Source: an uncultured Syntrophaceae bacterium
Lineage (GTDB): Bacteria > Desulfobacterota > Syntrophia > Syntrophales > UBA5619
Direction of reading: 5' to 3'
NCBI GenBank assembly: GCA_964433455.1
Contig: CAYSSF010000004.1
Span: forward strand, 1-55,683
DNA: 55,683 bases
Shown here in pieces: positions 1 through 9,524 of the stretch; the stretch's first letter is position 1; each line of letters opens with the position of its first letter. Position numbers and translations under genes: made by a program. Under the pieces are notes generated by a model. The model saw only the letters and a program-made list of their open reading frames with translations. It was not told the DNA's origin and did no database searches.

Positions 1-34
1 ATAATATTGCAAGAGAATTGTACATATCAAACCC

Positions 35-82
35 TTAAGTCAACGACATTGAGTAGCTAATACAAGACGGCCTTCTTGTCAA
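35..82 (-). promoter_or_regulatory. Putative promoter/operator (TTGACA-N14-TATTAGCTACT...) for a gene left of the window
   Basis: Perfect TTGACA followed by the same motif and spacing as the element at 538-584. Confidence 0.35.
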
Positions 83-505
83 GGCGACCTTGAACTTGTG
101 ATGACCGGTTTCGATGCCGAAAAGTTTGGCATCGATTTCACGCGCCGATTCTTGCGTATCCATCAACCCCTTGGGATTGTATTCGCAGCCGCCGCAGGCA
201 ACCGGAACGCGGACGCGGGCGCCACAGGAGGCGACTTTCTGCTGGGCGTCGCCCAGTTCTTCGGCCACCTTGTTCAGGTGTTTGAAGTCCACATGGATCA
301 GATTGGTGAGGTCCACGACATCGGCATCGACGAGACCAATCGTGCCGACCCCGGCCGCCGCCAGATAAAGGGCCGCAGGGGCGCCCAGACCGCCCGCGCC
401 GATGATCAGCACCCGGCCGTCCAGTAGTCTCTGCTGCCCTTTGCCGCCGACCTCTTTCAGGGCGATATGCCGCTGATACCTTTCGATCTGCTCTTCAGTC
501 AGCAT
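35..505 (-). pseudogene. Chimeric remnant: ThiF/MoeB N-terminus fused to an internal nitrite/sulfite reductase 4Fe-4S fragment
   Basis: MLTEEQIERYQRH..GAGGLG..DADVVDLTNL (ThiF/MoeB) breaks before the conserved QRQ, then switches to GARVRVPVACGGCEYN..HKFKVA (sulfite reductase-like), which stops before the expected GCPxxC motif; GGAGG SD upstream of ATG 505. Confidence 0.7.
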
Positions 506-537
506 TACTTCTCGCCTCCCCCCATGAAATAGAGAAA

Positions 538-584
538 TTATTCCCATCGGAACAGTAGATAATATATCAAAAAGGCGTTGTCAA
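538..584 (-). promoter_or_regulatory. Putative promoter with Rrf2(IscR/CymR)-like box upstream of thiF remnant
   Basis: TTGACA-N14-TATTATCTACTGTTCCGATGGGAATAA; imperfect dyad; sulfur-gene context. Confidence 0.4.
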
Positions 585-619
585 GGATTTTTATTCGACA
601 CTGTTTACCGCATGCTTCA

Positions 620-1633
620 TCAATCGCTTCCGATTCGCAGAGAAAAAAAAGCGTCTCGCATCCTTTTTTCCGGCCCTGTGAACGTCCGTGATTCGCCGCC
701 TACCACCTCTTTCCGGATCCGATAGACCGGCATTGTATCCTGGCTGTAGGCCGGGATCATCCCACCGATCTTTTCCTCCGAAGCCGGATCGAGATCGCCG
801 GCAGCCAGGGCCGTCGGTCCCCGGAAATTTTCCGGCGTGAAGAGGATGTCCCCCGGAACAGCCAAGGCAAGGAGCCGCTCGTTCTCCTCCTGAGTTCTTC
901 CGAGGATGATCCGCAGAAGGGGAGTCATGCGGAAATGGCGTCCGATATTCAGCAGAACAAGATCCCGGTGGGCATAGCCGGAAACATGGGCAAAGAGATC
1001 GCGCAGGCGGCAGGCGATATTCGGATCGGTGAGGAGGCATCCCCCCGCCGGACAGGGGTAATCCCGAACACCCAACTCCTCCGCGAGGGCGATCTGCTCC
1101 TTCCGCGACCGGCCTGAAATGGCAAGAAGCCGCGCCCGATCGACAATCCCTTCCTGTTCCGGAAGGGTCGGCGGAAAATGGTGCGCCGAAAGGGGGCGGA
1201 GGATACGCCCCGCAAGGCCGCTCTCCCTCTCGATGAGCTCGATCGCCTGCCGATGCTGTGACATGGGGCGCTGGCCCAGCACCTCGCCGGTCACCACGAA
1301 GGAAGCCCCGATTTCATCCATCATTCCGGAAACCTTATGCAGCATGTAGATCCGGCAGTCGATGCAGGGATTCATCCCCCTGCCGTATCCGTGCGGGGCC
1401 TTCTCGACGATCCGCATATAATCCATACCCTTGGCGATCACCCGCATCGGCACCCCGAATTCAGCGGCAACCCTGCGGGCCTGGTGCTGGCAGCCCGCCT
1501 TGCGCGGGCCGCAGTTGCAGAACGGGCTTGTGAAATGGATCGCCGTAAGTTCGATCCCCTGCTCGACCATCATCTTTACGGCCAGTGTACTGTCCAGCCC
1601 GCCCGACAGCAAGACCGCCGCACTTCGTTTCAT
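620..1633 (-). CDS. PP-loop tRNA sulfurtransferase (ThiI/MnmA-like, Cys-rich, DUF814-associated type)
   Basis: SGGLDS PP-loop, NPCIDC, GEVLGQRPMSQ, PAGGCLLT; start taken at MKRSAAV. Confidence 0.8.
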   Translation of the reverse strand: MKRSAAVLLSGGLDSTLAVKMMVEQGIELTAIHFTSPFCNCGPRKAGCQHQARRVAAEFGVPMRVIAKGMDYMRIVEKAPHGYGRGMNPCIDCRIYMLHKVSGMMDEIGASFVVTGEVLGQRPMSQHRQAIELIERESGLAGRILRPLSAHHFPPTLPEQEGIVDRARLLAISGRSRKEQIALAEELGVRDYPCPAGGCLLTDPNIACRLRDLFAHVSGYAHRDLVLLNIGRHFRMTPLLRIILGRTQEENERLLALAVPGDILFTPENFRGPTALAAGDLDPASEEKIGGMIPAYSQDTMPVYRIRKEVVGGESRTFTGPEKRMRDAFFSLRIGSD

Positions 1634-1825
1634 CCCTTCCTCTCCCTTGCGCCCCGTACTCACCCCGCATTCGTCAGGGAATCCCATACTTTGTTATCGA
1701 ACCGGTCCCCGCGGTTCTCGCGCTCTTTACAGGCTTGTTGATAAACATACAAGATTCCCTCTCTTAAAAAAACCCCTTTTTTCCCAAAAGCGATAATTAT
1801 ACATACAAAAAACGTTTCTTGCCGT

Positions 1826-2581
1826 CTATGAGCCGGACGCACCCCGGACACAGACCGCATTCTCCGGGCTGTGCGTCATCGCAAAGATCGCCTGCCTTTG
1901 AATGATATTTTCTTCTTCCACCAGCAATCCATCCGACAGACGCAGAACCCTCCGGGCATACCGGGCGCAGTCGGGATTGTGCGTGACCATGATGATGGTC
2001 ATGCCGTCGGCGTTGAGTTGCTGAAGCAGGTTCATCATCTCCCGGGTATTCTTCGTATCCAGGTTCCCGGTGGGCTCATCGGCCAGCAGGATGGGAGGCT
2101 TGTTCACCATCGCCCGCGCAATGGCCACCCGTTCCTGCTCCCCGCCGGAGATCTGGCTGGGGAGCCGCCCGCCCTTCCCGGCGAGACCCACCCGGCCGAG
2201 GGCCTCTTCGGCCATGGCCCGTTTCTGCTTTTTCTGGATGTTGACCGGGGTCAAAGGAAGCATTACGTTTTCCCGTACGGTCAGATAAGGGATCAGGTGA
2301 AAGCTCTGGAAGACGAAGCCCAGATAGTTCCGGCGAAAGTCGGCCCTCTCTTCGTGGCCGAGGGCATAGACGTCGATCTGATCCACCCAGTATTTTCCCC
2401 GGCCGGGGCTGTTCAGCGCCCCCATCACGGTCAGCAGCGTTGACTTGCCTGACCCAGATTCACCCATGATTGCGATGAGTTCGCCGGACGCGATGCCGAA
2501 ATTGATGCGGCGAACGGCCAGGACCGCAGCCTCTCCCTCGCCGTATTGTTTGCTCAAGTCGTCGACCTGGATATAACTCAT
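1826..2581 (-). CDS. ABC transporter ATP-binding protein (LolD/MacB type)
   Basis: GESGSGKST Walker [24 protein letters not shown]. Confidence 0.92.
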   Translation of the reverse strand: MSYIQVDDLSKQYGEGEAAVLAVRRINFGIASGELIAIMGESGSGKSTLLTVMGALNSPGRGKYWVDQIDVYALGHEERADFRRNYLGFVFQSFHLIPYLTVRENVMLPLTPVNIQKKQKRAMAEEALGRVGLAGKGGRLPSQISGGEQERVAIARAMVNKPPILLADEPTGNLDTKNTREMMNLLQQLNADGMTIIMVTHNPDCARYARRVLRLSDGLLVEEENIIQRQAIFAMTHSPENAVCVRGASGS

Positions 2582-2595
2582 TTTCTTTTTTCCTC

Positions 2596-3768
2596 CTAAA
2601 GGGCCCGCAGGGCTTCACAGGGGTCCAGCCGCGCGGCGACGCGCGCCGGATAGAAACTGGCCGCAAGGCCGAGAACGATGGCGAGGGTCAGGGCCCCCCC
2701 GGCCAACCAGGGGTCGACAGGGAGGGCAATGCCGTGGCCGGCGTGGCCGCCCCCGGGAGCGAAGAAAAGGAGCGCGATCTTGGTCGCCCCCAGACCCAGG
2801 AGATAACCCAACACCCCGGCCAGAACCGAAACGATCCCCGCCTCCAGCAGAATGATCTTCATCACATGGCTGCTCCTGAAGCCGATGGCCCGGAAGATGC
2901 CGATTTCGGCGGTCCTCTCCCGCACGCTTCCCATCATGGTCACCAGCACGACCAGCGCCCCCACCAGGGCCACGATCGCCGAAAGGCCGTAGGATGCCTT
3001 CCGAAAATGGTTCAGTGTCTCCATCCGGCCCTCCACCACCTGCTTGATCGCCATCACGTTCGCCCCGGGAAGGATTGCGGAGATCTGCCGCACCATCTCC
3101 TCGATGGGACAGCCGGCGCACAAGGCGGCCACTTCGGCCACGGAAATGCGCCCTTCCTTGTTCAGGATCGATTGGGCGGTGGCAAGGTGGGTGAAGAGGA
3201 TGTGGTCGTCCTGGGAACCGGTGGCATCGAGGATTCCCGAAACCACAAGACTCCGGCCGTTCACGGCCACGGGCTTCCCCACGACGAGCCCCAGGACCCG
3301 GGCGGCCTCCGCCCCGGCCAGAACCCCCTCCTCATCCGGCTGGCTTCCCTGAACCTTCCACCAGGGGCGAAGTTGGGAAGCGACCTGAAAATCCATCCCT
3401 GCCAGCACCGCCTTGCGGCTCCCCGTCTCAACGGCCCCCAGCAGCATCGGCCCCACGGCGGCCACGTTTTTGGCGTTTTCGATCTCCCCGATCTTCGCCA
3501 ACTCCTCCTCGTGGATCTCCTGCATCTCAAAAAGAACCCCCCCCAGCGAAATCCCGCCATAGCTCATGGGAAGGTTTTCGGTCTTCGGAACGATCAGGAT
3601 GTTGGCCCCGTACTCCTCCAACTTGCTGTTGATGTTCTGGGTGAGGGCCTCCGCCAGGCTGATGAAAACGACTACGGCCGACACGCCGATCGTCAGGCCG
3701 ACAAGCACAAAAGCCGCTTTGGACTTGCGTCTTCTCAGGTTCTTGAGCGCGATATCCCACAGGTTCAT
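2596..3768 (-). CDS. ABC transporter permease (FtsX/MacB family)
   Basis: N-terminal TM, periplasmic domain, SVRERTAEIGIFRAIG and YPARVAARLDP motifs. Confidence 0.9.
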   Translation of the reverse strand: MNLWDIALKNLRRRKSKAAFVLVGLTIGVSAVVVFISLAEALTQNINSKLEEYGANILIVPKTENLPMSYGGISLGGVLFEMQEIHEEELAKIGEIENAKNVAAVGPMLLGAVETGSRKAVLAGMDFQVASQLRPWWKVQGSQPDEEGVLAGAEAARVLGLVVGKPVAVNGRSLVVSGILDATGSQDDHILFTHLATAQSILNKEGRISVAEVAALCAGCPIEEMVRQISAILPGANVMAIKQVVEGRMETLNHFRKASYGLSAIVALVGALVVLVTMMGSVRERTAEIGIFRAIGFRSSHVMKIILLEAGIVSVLAGVLGYLLGLGATKIALLFFAPGGGHAGHGIALPVDPWLAGGALTLAIVLGLAASFYPARVAARLDPCEALRAL

Positions 3769-4265
3769 CTTCCGCCGCCCTTTCCGAAGGTGAAGTAGGG
3801 CTTCCCTTCCAGAAGATCCTTCACCTGGAGGACGAGCTTATCCCCCTGGATTGTCCGCGTGAGCGGCGCCGGATTGCATCCCCCCTGCACCTCGTTGACC
3901 CGAACCGAGGCGAAGCGGCGCCCGCAGTTTTTACAGCCCATGAAACCCCCCTTCTGTTCGTAGCCTTCCCCCGCCTCGAAGCAGACGTCGCAGGCGTCGA
4001 AGGCCGCCCGGATCACGCCATCGGAGCTCTTGAGAACAAAGTATTTGATGGTCACACCATTGCCGGCCGGGTAGCTGTAAAACCGCGCCTTCCCGTTCTG
4101 GAAATCCTTCACGGGGTAAACAACCTCCGCGGCCGGATTGGCTGTGGCAGCCCCTTCGGTTGCCGGCAAGAAAAAGAACATCCCCGAAAGCGCCAGGATG
4201 CCGGCGACGGCCGACATCGCCCGCCGCAAACCTATCCCGGGCCTAACCTTTTTTCCCGTCATCAT
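3765..4265 (-). CDS. DUF2318 (FtrD-like) exported Fe-S/Cys-motif protein
   Basis: Signal/TM segment then FDACDVC, CKNCG, GGCNPAPL; AAGGAGG SD before ATG 4265. Confidence 0.8.
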   Translation of the reverse strand: MMTGKKVRPGIGLRRAMSAVAGILALSGMFFFLPATEGAATANPAAEVVYPVKDFQNGKARFYSYPAGNGVTIKYFVLKSSDGVIRAAFDACDVCFEAGEGYEQKGGFMGCKNCGRRFASVRVNEVQGGCNPAPLTRTIQGDKLVLQVKDLLEGKPYFTFGKGGGR

Positions 4266-4388
4266 ACCCTCCTTGGTCAATTTATGGGGACGGATTTCAA
4301 TCCGTCTCATACAAGCGCCTCCTCCTTCGGTTGTCGGTGACCGATTTCGAATCTGCATCCAACTCCCCAAAGAGTTCAGTTTTACTTA

Positions 4389-5357
4389 CTAATTATCCGT
4401 TACGCTGCCGTCCTGGTAGCTATAGGAGCGGATCGTTCTGCCCCCCTTTTCGATGTCCACCTGGATATGGCATCCATAATCGGTCACCCTGGCTTCCACC
4501 TCTTTCTCGGCAGGGTTGTTCTTTCGATATTCGGCAAGCGCCGCCGCGCCGGCCTTGCTTTCCAACTCCGGATCCGTGGCGCCGGAACCCTGTTTGGTCC
4601 CGCATCCTCCCGCAGAACCGCTCGCGCCCGAACCACAGCACGACCCCCGCCCCCGGGCAGACGCCTGCAACGGGGTGATGGTTTGATTCAAGGTCACCTT
4701 GGCGATCTGCCGGTTCTGTTCCAGCCAGGCGGCGAAATAGCCATCCGGATCGGTTTCGGGGGGGAACTTTGCCTTCTTGACCTCCTGACGGAGCAGAAGG
4801 TTCCGGATGTGATTCATCAGGTATTCTTGAGAAATGCCATCCTCCTTGAGGCTGGCCTGAAGATTTTCCCGATTTCCGTAGATCTCGCGCCCGATCTTCT
4901 GCATCTCCTGCTGAACACGGTCATCGCCCACCCGGATATTCATTCGGCTTGCCTCCTGGGCCACCAGCCGCTCTTCCACCATCTTCTCCAGGAGGTCATA
5001 TTCCAGACGTCCCAGAAGCGCCCTGCCCTGCTCGCCGGCAAAGAGCCCCTTCCCGTATTCCTTTTCCAGCATGAGCCTGCCGACATTGAGCCTCGCGCGC
5101 GCTTCGGAGCGGGAGATCGGCTCTCCATTCACCACCGCCGCCGGCCTTCTGAGCAGGGCATCCCGGGAGAATTCCCAGTCGTTCTTCTCCGCATACAGGA
5201 AGGCCGCGCCGAAAAGAAGGAGAAGCGATGCGGCAGCAACGACAGGCCAAGACCATCTCTTCGTTTTACGGCCGATATCTCCTTGACAACCGGCACAAAA
5301 AACCTCATCCCCGTCCGCAAGCCCTTTTCCGCAACGACCGCATCTTCTTTGATCCAA
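4389..5357 (-). CDS. Membrane-anchored protein: N-terminal Zn-ribbon, SurA N-terminal-like domain, Cys-rich C-terminal domain
   Basis: CxxC..CxxC, TM helix, AAVVNGEPIS..LVAQEA (SurA_N-like), SCCG..GGCG..TDYGCH; TTG start with AAGGAGG SD. Confidence 0.7.
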   Translation of the reverse strand: MDQRRCGRCGKGLADGDEVFCAGCQGDIGRKTKRWSWPVVAAASLLLLFGAAFLYAEKNDWEFSRDALLRRPAAVVNGEPISRSEARARLNVGRLMLEKEYGKGLFAGEQGRALLGRLEYDLLEKMVEERLVAQEASRMNIRVGDDRVQQEMQKIGREIYGNRENLQASLKEDGISQEYLMNHIRNLLLRQEVKKAKFPPETDPDGYFAAWLEQNRQIAKVTLNQTITPLQASARGRGSCCGSGASGSAGGCGTKQGSGATDPELESKAGAAALAEYRKNNPAEKEVEARVTDYGCHIQVDIEKGGRTIRSYSYQDGSVTDN

Positions 5358-5394
5358 GATAATCCCTCCTTTCCACTCTTCGCTACGCTATCAG

Positions 5395-5409
5395 GCAACA
5401 GCCATGCCA
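5395..5409 (-). promoter_or_regulatory. Sigma54 (-24/-12) promoter of the SurA_N/DUF2318/ABC operon
   Basis: TGGCAT-GGCTG-TTGC, near-exact match to TGGCAC-N5-TTGC, 38 nt before the start codon. Confidence 0.8.
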
Positions 5410-5480
5410 GCAGGCGGCGCACAGCGGCCATCATCGATAATCATTCGGAATATCGTGTTATTTATTTAGTTGGCGGATGA

Positions 5481-5569
5481 TGCTGAAGATGGCGCAAAAT
5501 CAGAGGGTGCGGATTTTTTTCCCACCCTCGCCCAGAAAACCGGGCAAGATGGGAATTTTTTCAGCACCC
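5481..5569. promoter_or_regulatory. Putative enhancer (UAS) sites for an NtrC/ZraR-family activator
   Basis: Three related boxes TGCTGAAGATGGCGCA, TGCGGATTTTTTTCCCA and (rc) TGCTGAAAAAATTCCCA, about 70-160 bp upstream of the sigma54 promoter. Confidence 0.5.
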
Positions 5570-5617
5570 CGCGGAACCAGGGGTTCACGGGCATTCTCCG
5601 GACATGGTGGGCATACC

Positions 5618-8143
5618 CTATACCAGCGAGAGCAGGTGGGATCTGAGGTTGGCGTCCCTGGACCTCAGATCCAGCTTCTTTCGGATGTTGTTCCGGTGGG
5701 TGATCACCGTGCCGACGGAGAGGCCGAAGAGCTTGGCAATCTCCCTGGACATCTTGCCCTGTTTGACCAGCTCGGCGATCTGGATCTCTTTCGGCGTCAG
5801 ACTCCTGTAGGCGGTGGATAGTCGATGGATGAACGGGGAGACGATATGGTTCAGATTGGTCTCCAGAATGTTCAAATAGGTCTGCCGCTCTTGATCGGTC
5901 TGACTCTCCCTCAGCTTGAACAGAAATGGTGTGACGAGTTGGCTGACATTGGCCTGCAGGTTTTCCTCCATGCTCCTCTGATCCTCGTCCCCCTTCTTGA
6001 TAAGGACCCGCAACGCGGTATTGGTCTCCTCCAGTTCGATCGTGCGCTCCCGAACCCGCGACTCAAGGTGATCGAGGGTCGTTTTGAGGGCTTCCTCCGC
6101 CTGCCTGCGCTCGGAGATCTCCCGGTTCATCTGATCGTAGAGTTGCGCATTTCGGATCGCAATCGCCGCCTGCGTGGAGAACATGCCGAGCACCTCGGCA
6201 TCCGCCTGGGTGTATCGGTGCGGCAGACGCGCCATGAGAACCAGGACTCCCCGATATTGATCGCCCCAGCGGATCGGCATCCCCAGCAGCGTCCGCGGGG
6301 GGGCGAAGTCGAACTCCCTCATTCTCCCCGGCCATGAGAGATAATCATCGACGATGAACGGCGCGCGCGTCGACCAGACATGGCCGACAAAGCCTTCTCC
6401 GGGTTGCCGAATCGGCGTGCCGGCAAAAATGGCCTCGCCGGCGATCGCAACCCGCTCCAGCCGATCCGTCTCCGGCCGGTAGAGGTAGCAGTTGCAGTAG
6501 TTTCCCCCGATCAGCGCCAACGCACGCTCGGCGATGGAATAGAGCAGCGCGTTCAGTTTCAGTTCGGAGGTGAGTTCAACACCCGTTTCATTCAGTGCGA
6601 CCAGCCTTTTGGAATGGCGGTCGAGCTCTTCGCCGATCCGCCTGCGCTCGGTGATGTCCTGAACCACGATGATGTTCCGGCTGAGAGGTTCTCCTTCCCT
6701 CCAGAGCGGCGACAGCGTGATGCTGACCCAGACGATTTCCCCGTCCTTCCGGAGATAGCGTTTCTCCAGCGTAAAATTCGGAACCTTTCCGGCCGTCAGC
6801 AGCGCCATGCCCTCCAGATGGAGAGAGCGGTCATCCGGATGGGTAATTTCACGGAACGTGGCAGCCATCAGCTCCTCCTCCGTTCTGCCGACCAATTCGC
6901 AAAGCCGCCAGTTGACCGTCAGGAAACGGCCCGTGGCGATATCCATCTCGGCCACGCCCACCGCCGCCTGCTCGAAGATCGCCCTGAACCGCACCTCGCT
7001 TTCGCGCAACGACGCCTCCGCTTTCTGAAGCTGTTTAAAAAGCCGCGCATTGGCGACCGCCCCGGCGATTTGCGCCCCGATCCGCTCCGCCAGCCGGAGA
7101 TCCTGCTCCGTGTATGCATTCGGCCTCTTCGCCCGGAAGTGGAGGGCGCCGATCAACTCGTCCTGCGAGATCAGCGGAACGGCCATGATCGATCGCATCC
7201 CCGCGTGAAACGTGATGGCGTCGCTGCCGGGATATAGACGCCCCATCTCTTCAGCGCTTGCCGGATGGAGGAGTAGACCGGCCCGCTTGCGCGCGACCGT
7301 TTCCGTGATCGATCCGGCGATCGCGAACGCATCCCCCGGTCTTCGCCCAGGAATATCATATCCATAGGTATATGTGATGGTTAATGTCTTCTTGTCGGGA
7401 TTGATCAGGTTTACGCTGAGCCAGTCCATGGTGATGAGCCGCCGGACCTCAGCGGCGACCCGCTTGTACACATCCTCAATGTCCAGCGTGGAACCGATCA
7501 GCCGCCCGATCTCGGCAATGATGGCCATCTCCTCGGCCAACCGCTCCAGACGGGCAAAAAGCCCCGCATTGGCGATGGCGCCGGCGATCTGTCGCCCGAT
7601 TCTCTCCGCGATGATCAGATCCTGCCCGCTGTAGACATTCGGCTCTCTTGCCCGGAAGTGCAGGGCGCCGATCGCCTCGTCCCGCGATATCAGCGGAACG
7701 GCCATGATCGACTGCATCCCCGCGCGAAAGGTGGTCACGGCGGAAGCGCTGGGAAAGCGACGGCAGATCTCTTCCTCGCTTGCCGGGTGCAGGAAGAGGC
7801 CGGCCCGCGTCCGCAGGATCTCCTCGGTGATCGACCCCGCGAGAAGAATCCGATCCCCTGCCCTGCGCCCGGGGATATCCACCCCGGCCACATAGGTGAT
7901 CGTGAAGGTCTCCCCGTCGGGATTTTTCAGATTCAGGTTGATCCTGTCAAAGGGGATCAGCTTGCGGACCTCGAGGGCAAACCGTTCGTATACCTCTTCG
8001 ATCTCCAGGGTGGAACTGATCAGCCGTCCGATCTCGACGATGATGTCCATTTCCCGGCCCTTCCGTTCGCCGGTCTCCCGCCTGCGGTATACGGCCTTGC
8101 CTTTTGAATCCCCGCCCCCCTCAGCGTCCGGATAGCTCCCCAT
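5618..8143 (-). CDS. GAF-GAF-PAS-GAF-LuxR one-component transcriptional regulator
   Basis: Two near-duplicate GAF domains, PAS/PAC (FRAIFEQAAVG..EKRYLRKDG..QDITERR), third GAF, C-terminal LTPKE..HRNNIRKKL HTH; start 8143 or 8050. Confidence 0.85.
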   Translation of the reverse strand: MGSYPDAEGGGDSKGKAVYRRRETGERKGREMDIIVEIGRLISSTLEIEEVYERFALEVRKLIPFDRINLNLKNPDGETFTITYVAGVDIPGRRAGDRILLAGSITEEILRTRAGLFLHPASEEEICRRFPSASAVTTFRAGMQSIMAVPLISRDEAIGALHFRAREPNVYSGQDLIIAERIGRQIAGAIANAGLFARLERLAEEMAIIAEIGRLIGSTLDIEDVYKRVAAEVRRLITMDWLSVNLINPDKKTLTITYTYGYDIPGRRPGDAFAIAGSITETVARKRAGLLLHPASAEEMGRLYPGSDAITFHAGMRSIMAVPLISQDELIGALHFRAKRPNAYTEQDLRLAERIGAQIAGAVANARLFKQLQKAEASLRESEVRFRAIFEQAAVGVAEMDIATGRFLTVNWRLCELVGRTEEELMAATFREITHPDDRSLHLEGMALLTAGKVPNFTLEKRYLRKDGEIVWVSITLSPLWREGEPLSRNIIVVQDITERRRIGEELDRHSKRLVALNETGVELTSELKLNALLYSIAERALALIGGNYCNCYLYRPETDRLERVAIAGEAIFAGTPIRQPGEGFVGHVWSTRAPFIVDDYLSWPGRMREFDFAPPRTLLGMPIRWGDQYRGVLVLMARLPHRYTQADAEVLGMFSTQAAIAIRNAQLYDQMNREISERRQAEEALKTTLDHLESRVRERTIELEETNTALRVLIKKGDEDQRSMEENLQANVSQLVTPFLFKLRESQTDQERQTYLNILETNLNHIVSPFIHRLSTAYRSLTPKEIQIAELVKQGKMSREIAKLFGLSVGTVITHRNNIRKKLDLRSRDANLRSHLLSLV

Positions 8144-9524
8144 TGTCTCTCTCCTCTGAATCACTCCCATGCCCGTAGAGCCGCAATTTGTTCTGCAGCG
8201 TGCGGCGGTTGATGCCGAGAATCTCCGCGGTACGGGTCCGGTTGCCGCCCGTCTCCGCAAGCGTCTGGACAATCATCGCCCGCTCCATCTCGTCCAGGCT
8301 GATCCCGGAATGGATCGCAAAACCGTCTTTCCCTTGAGCCTGTGACAGCATCCGGATCTGCGGCGGAAAATCGGCCGGGAGGATCGCCTCCTCCCGCGCC
8401 ATGATCACCGCCCGCTCGATACAATTCTCCAGTTCCCGGATGTTCCCCGGCCAGTCGTAGCGGACCAGCAGATCCAGCGCCTTCCCTGAAATCCCTCTCA
8501 GCCGCTTGCCGTTCTTTTCCCGGTAGATCGCAAGAAAATGGTCTGCGAGCAGGGGGATGTCCTCCTTCCGTTCGCGTAGCGGCGGCAGCGTAATGGGAAC
8601 CACATTCAAACGGTAATAGAGATCTTCACGAAAACGGCCCGCCGCTGCCTCTTTTACCAGATCCAGATTCGTTGCGGCGATCAGCCGGATGTCGACTTTG
8701 ACCGTCCGGACGCCTCCCACCGGTTCGAACTCCTTCTCCTGGAGCACCCGGAGAAGCTTCGTCTGGGTGGCCGGGCTCATCTCGCCCACTTCGTCAAGGA
8801 AGAGGGTGCCCCGGTGGGCCAGTTGAAATCGCCCTTCGCGGCGGGAAACGGCGCCGGTAAACGCCCCCTTCTCATGTCCGAAAAGCTCGCTCTCGAGGAG
8901 GTTCTCCGGAAGCGCGGCGCAGGAAACCTTGATGAACGGCTGGCACGCCCTCGGGCTGTTGTGGTGGATCGCGTTGGCGACCACCTCCTTTCCCGTCCCG
9001 CTCTCTCCCAAGAGCAGCACCGTGGCATCGGAAGGCGCCACCATGGCCAGCGTATCCAGCAGAGCTTTCATCTTCGGGCTCCGGCCGATGATCCGGGAAA
9101 AATCGAAACGGTCGCCCAGACGTTCCTTGAGAACGAGGTTCTCCGCGCGGAGATGATAGTGATCCAGCGCCTTTTCAATCAGGATTTTCAACTCCTCGAT
9201 GTCCAGCGGTTTCGTCAGGTAATCGAAGGCCCCCGCCTTGAGCGCCTCCACCGCCGTTTTTACGGAGGCGTAGGCGGTCATGATCAGGACCGGCACCAGG
9301 GGGCTGATTTTCCGGATCTCGGTCAGCGCCTCGATCCCGTCCATGTCGGTCATGCGGAGATCCATCAGGATGAGGTCAAAGGCCTCTTTTTCGACGGCCC
9401 GGACGGCTTCCGTGCCGTCTGACGCTTCCGCTACCGCGTATCCGTCCGCGCTCAAAACGGCCCGCAGCATGATTCGATGGCTCTCTTCATCGTCCACCAC
9501 GAGGATCTTGCGTTTTTCATCCAT
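8121..9524 (-). CDS. Sigma54-dependent response regulator (ZraR/NtrC family)
   Basis: REC (VVDDE, LMDLRM), GESGTGKE, GAFTGA, WPGNIRELEN, Fis-type HTH. Confidence 0.93.
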   Translation of the reverse strand: MDEKRKILVVDDEESHRIMLRAVLSADGYAVAEASDGTEAVRAVEKEAFDLILMDLRMTDMDGIEALTEIRKISPLVPVLIMTAYASVKTAVEALKAGAFDYLTKPLDIEELKILIEKALDHYHLRAENLVLKERLGDRFDFSRIIGRSPKMKALLDTLAMVAPSDATVLLLGESGTGKEVVANAIHHNSPRACQPFIKVSCAALPENLLESELFGHEKGAFTGAVSRREGRFQLAHRGTLFLDEVGEMSPATQTKLLRVLQEKEFEPVGGVRTVKVDIRLIAATNLDLVKEAAAGRFREDLYYRLNVVPITLPPLRERKEDIPLLADHFLAIYREKNGKRLRGISGKALDLLVRYDWPGNIRELENCIERAVIMAREEAILPADFPPQIRMLSQAQGKDGFAIHSGISLDEMERAMIVQTLAETGGNRTRTAEILGINRRTLQNKLRLYGHGSDSEERDNGELSGR

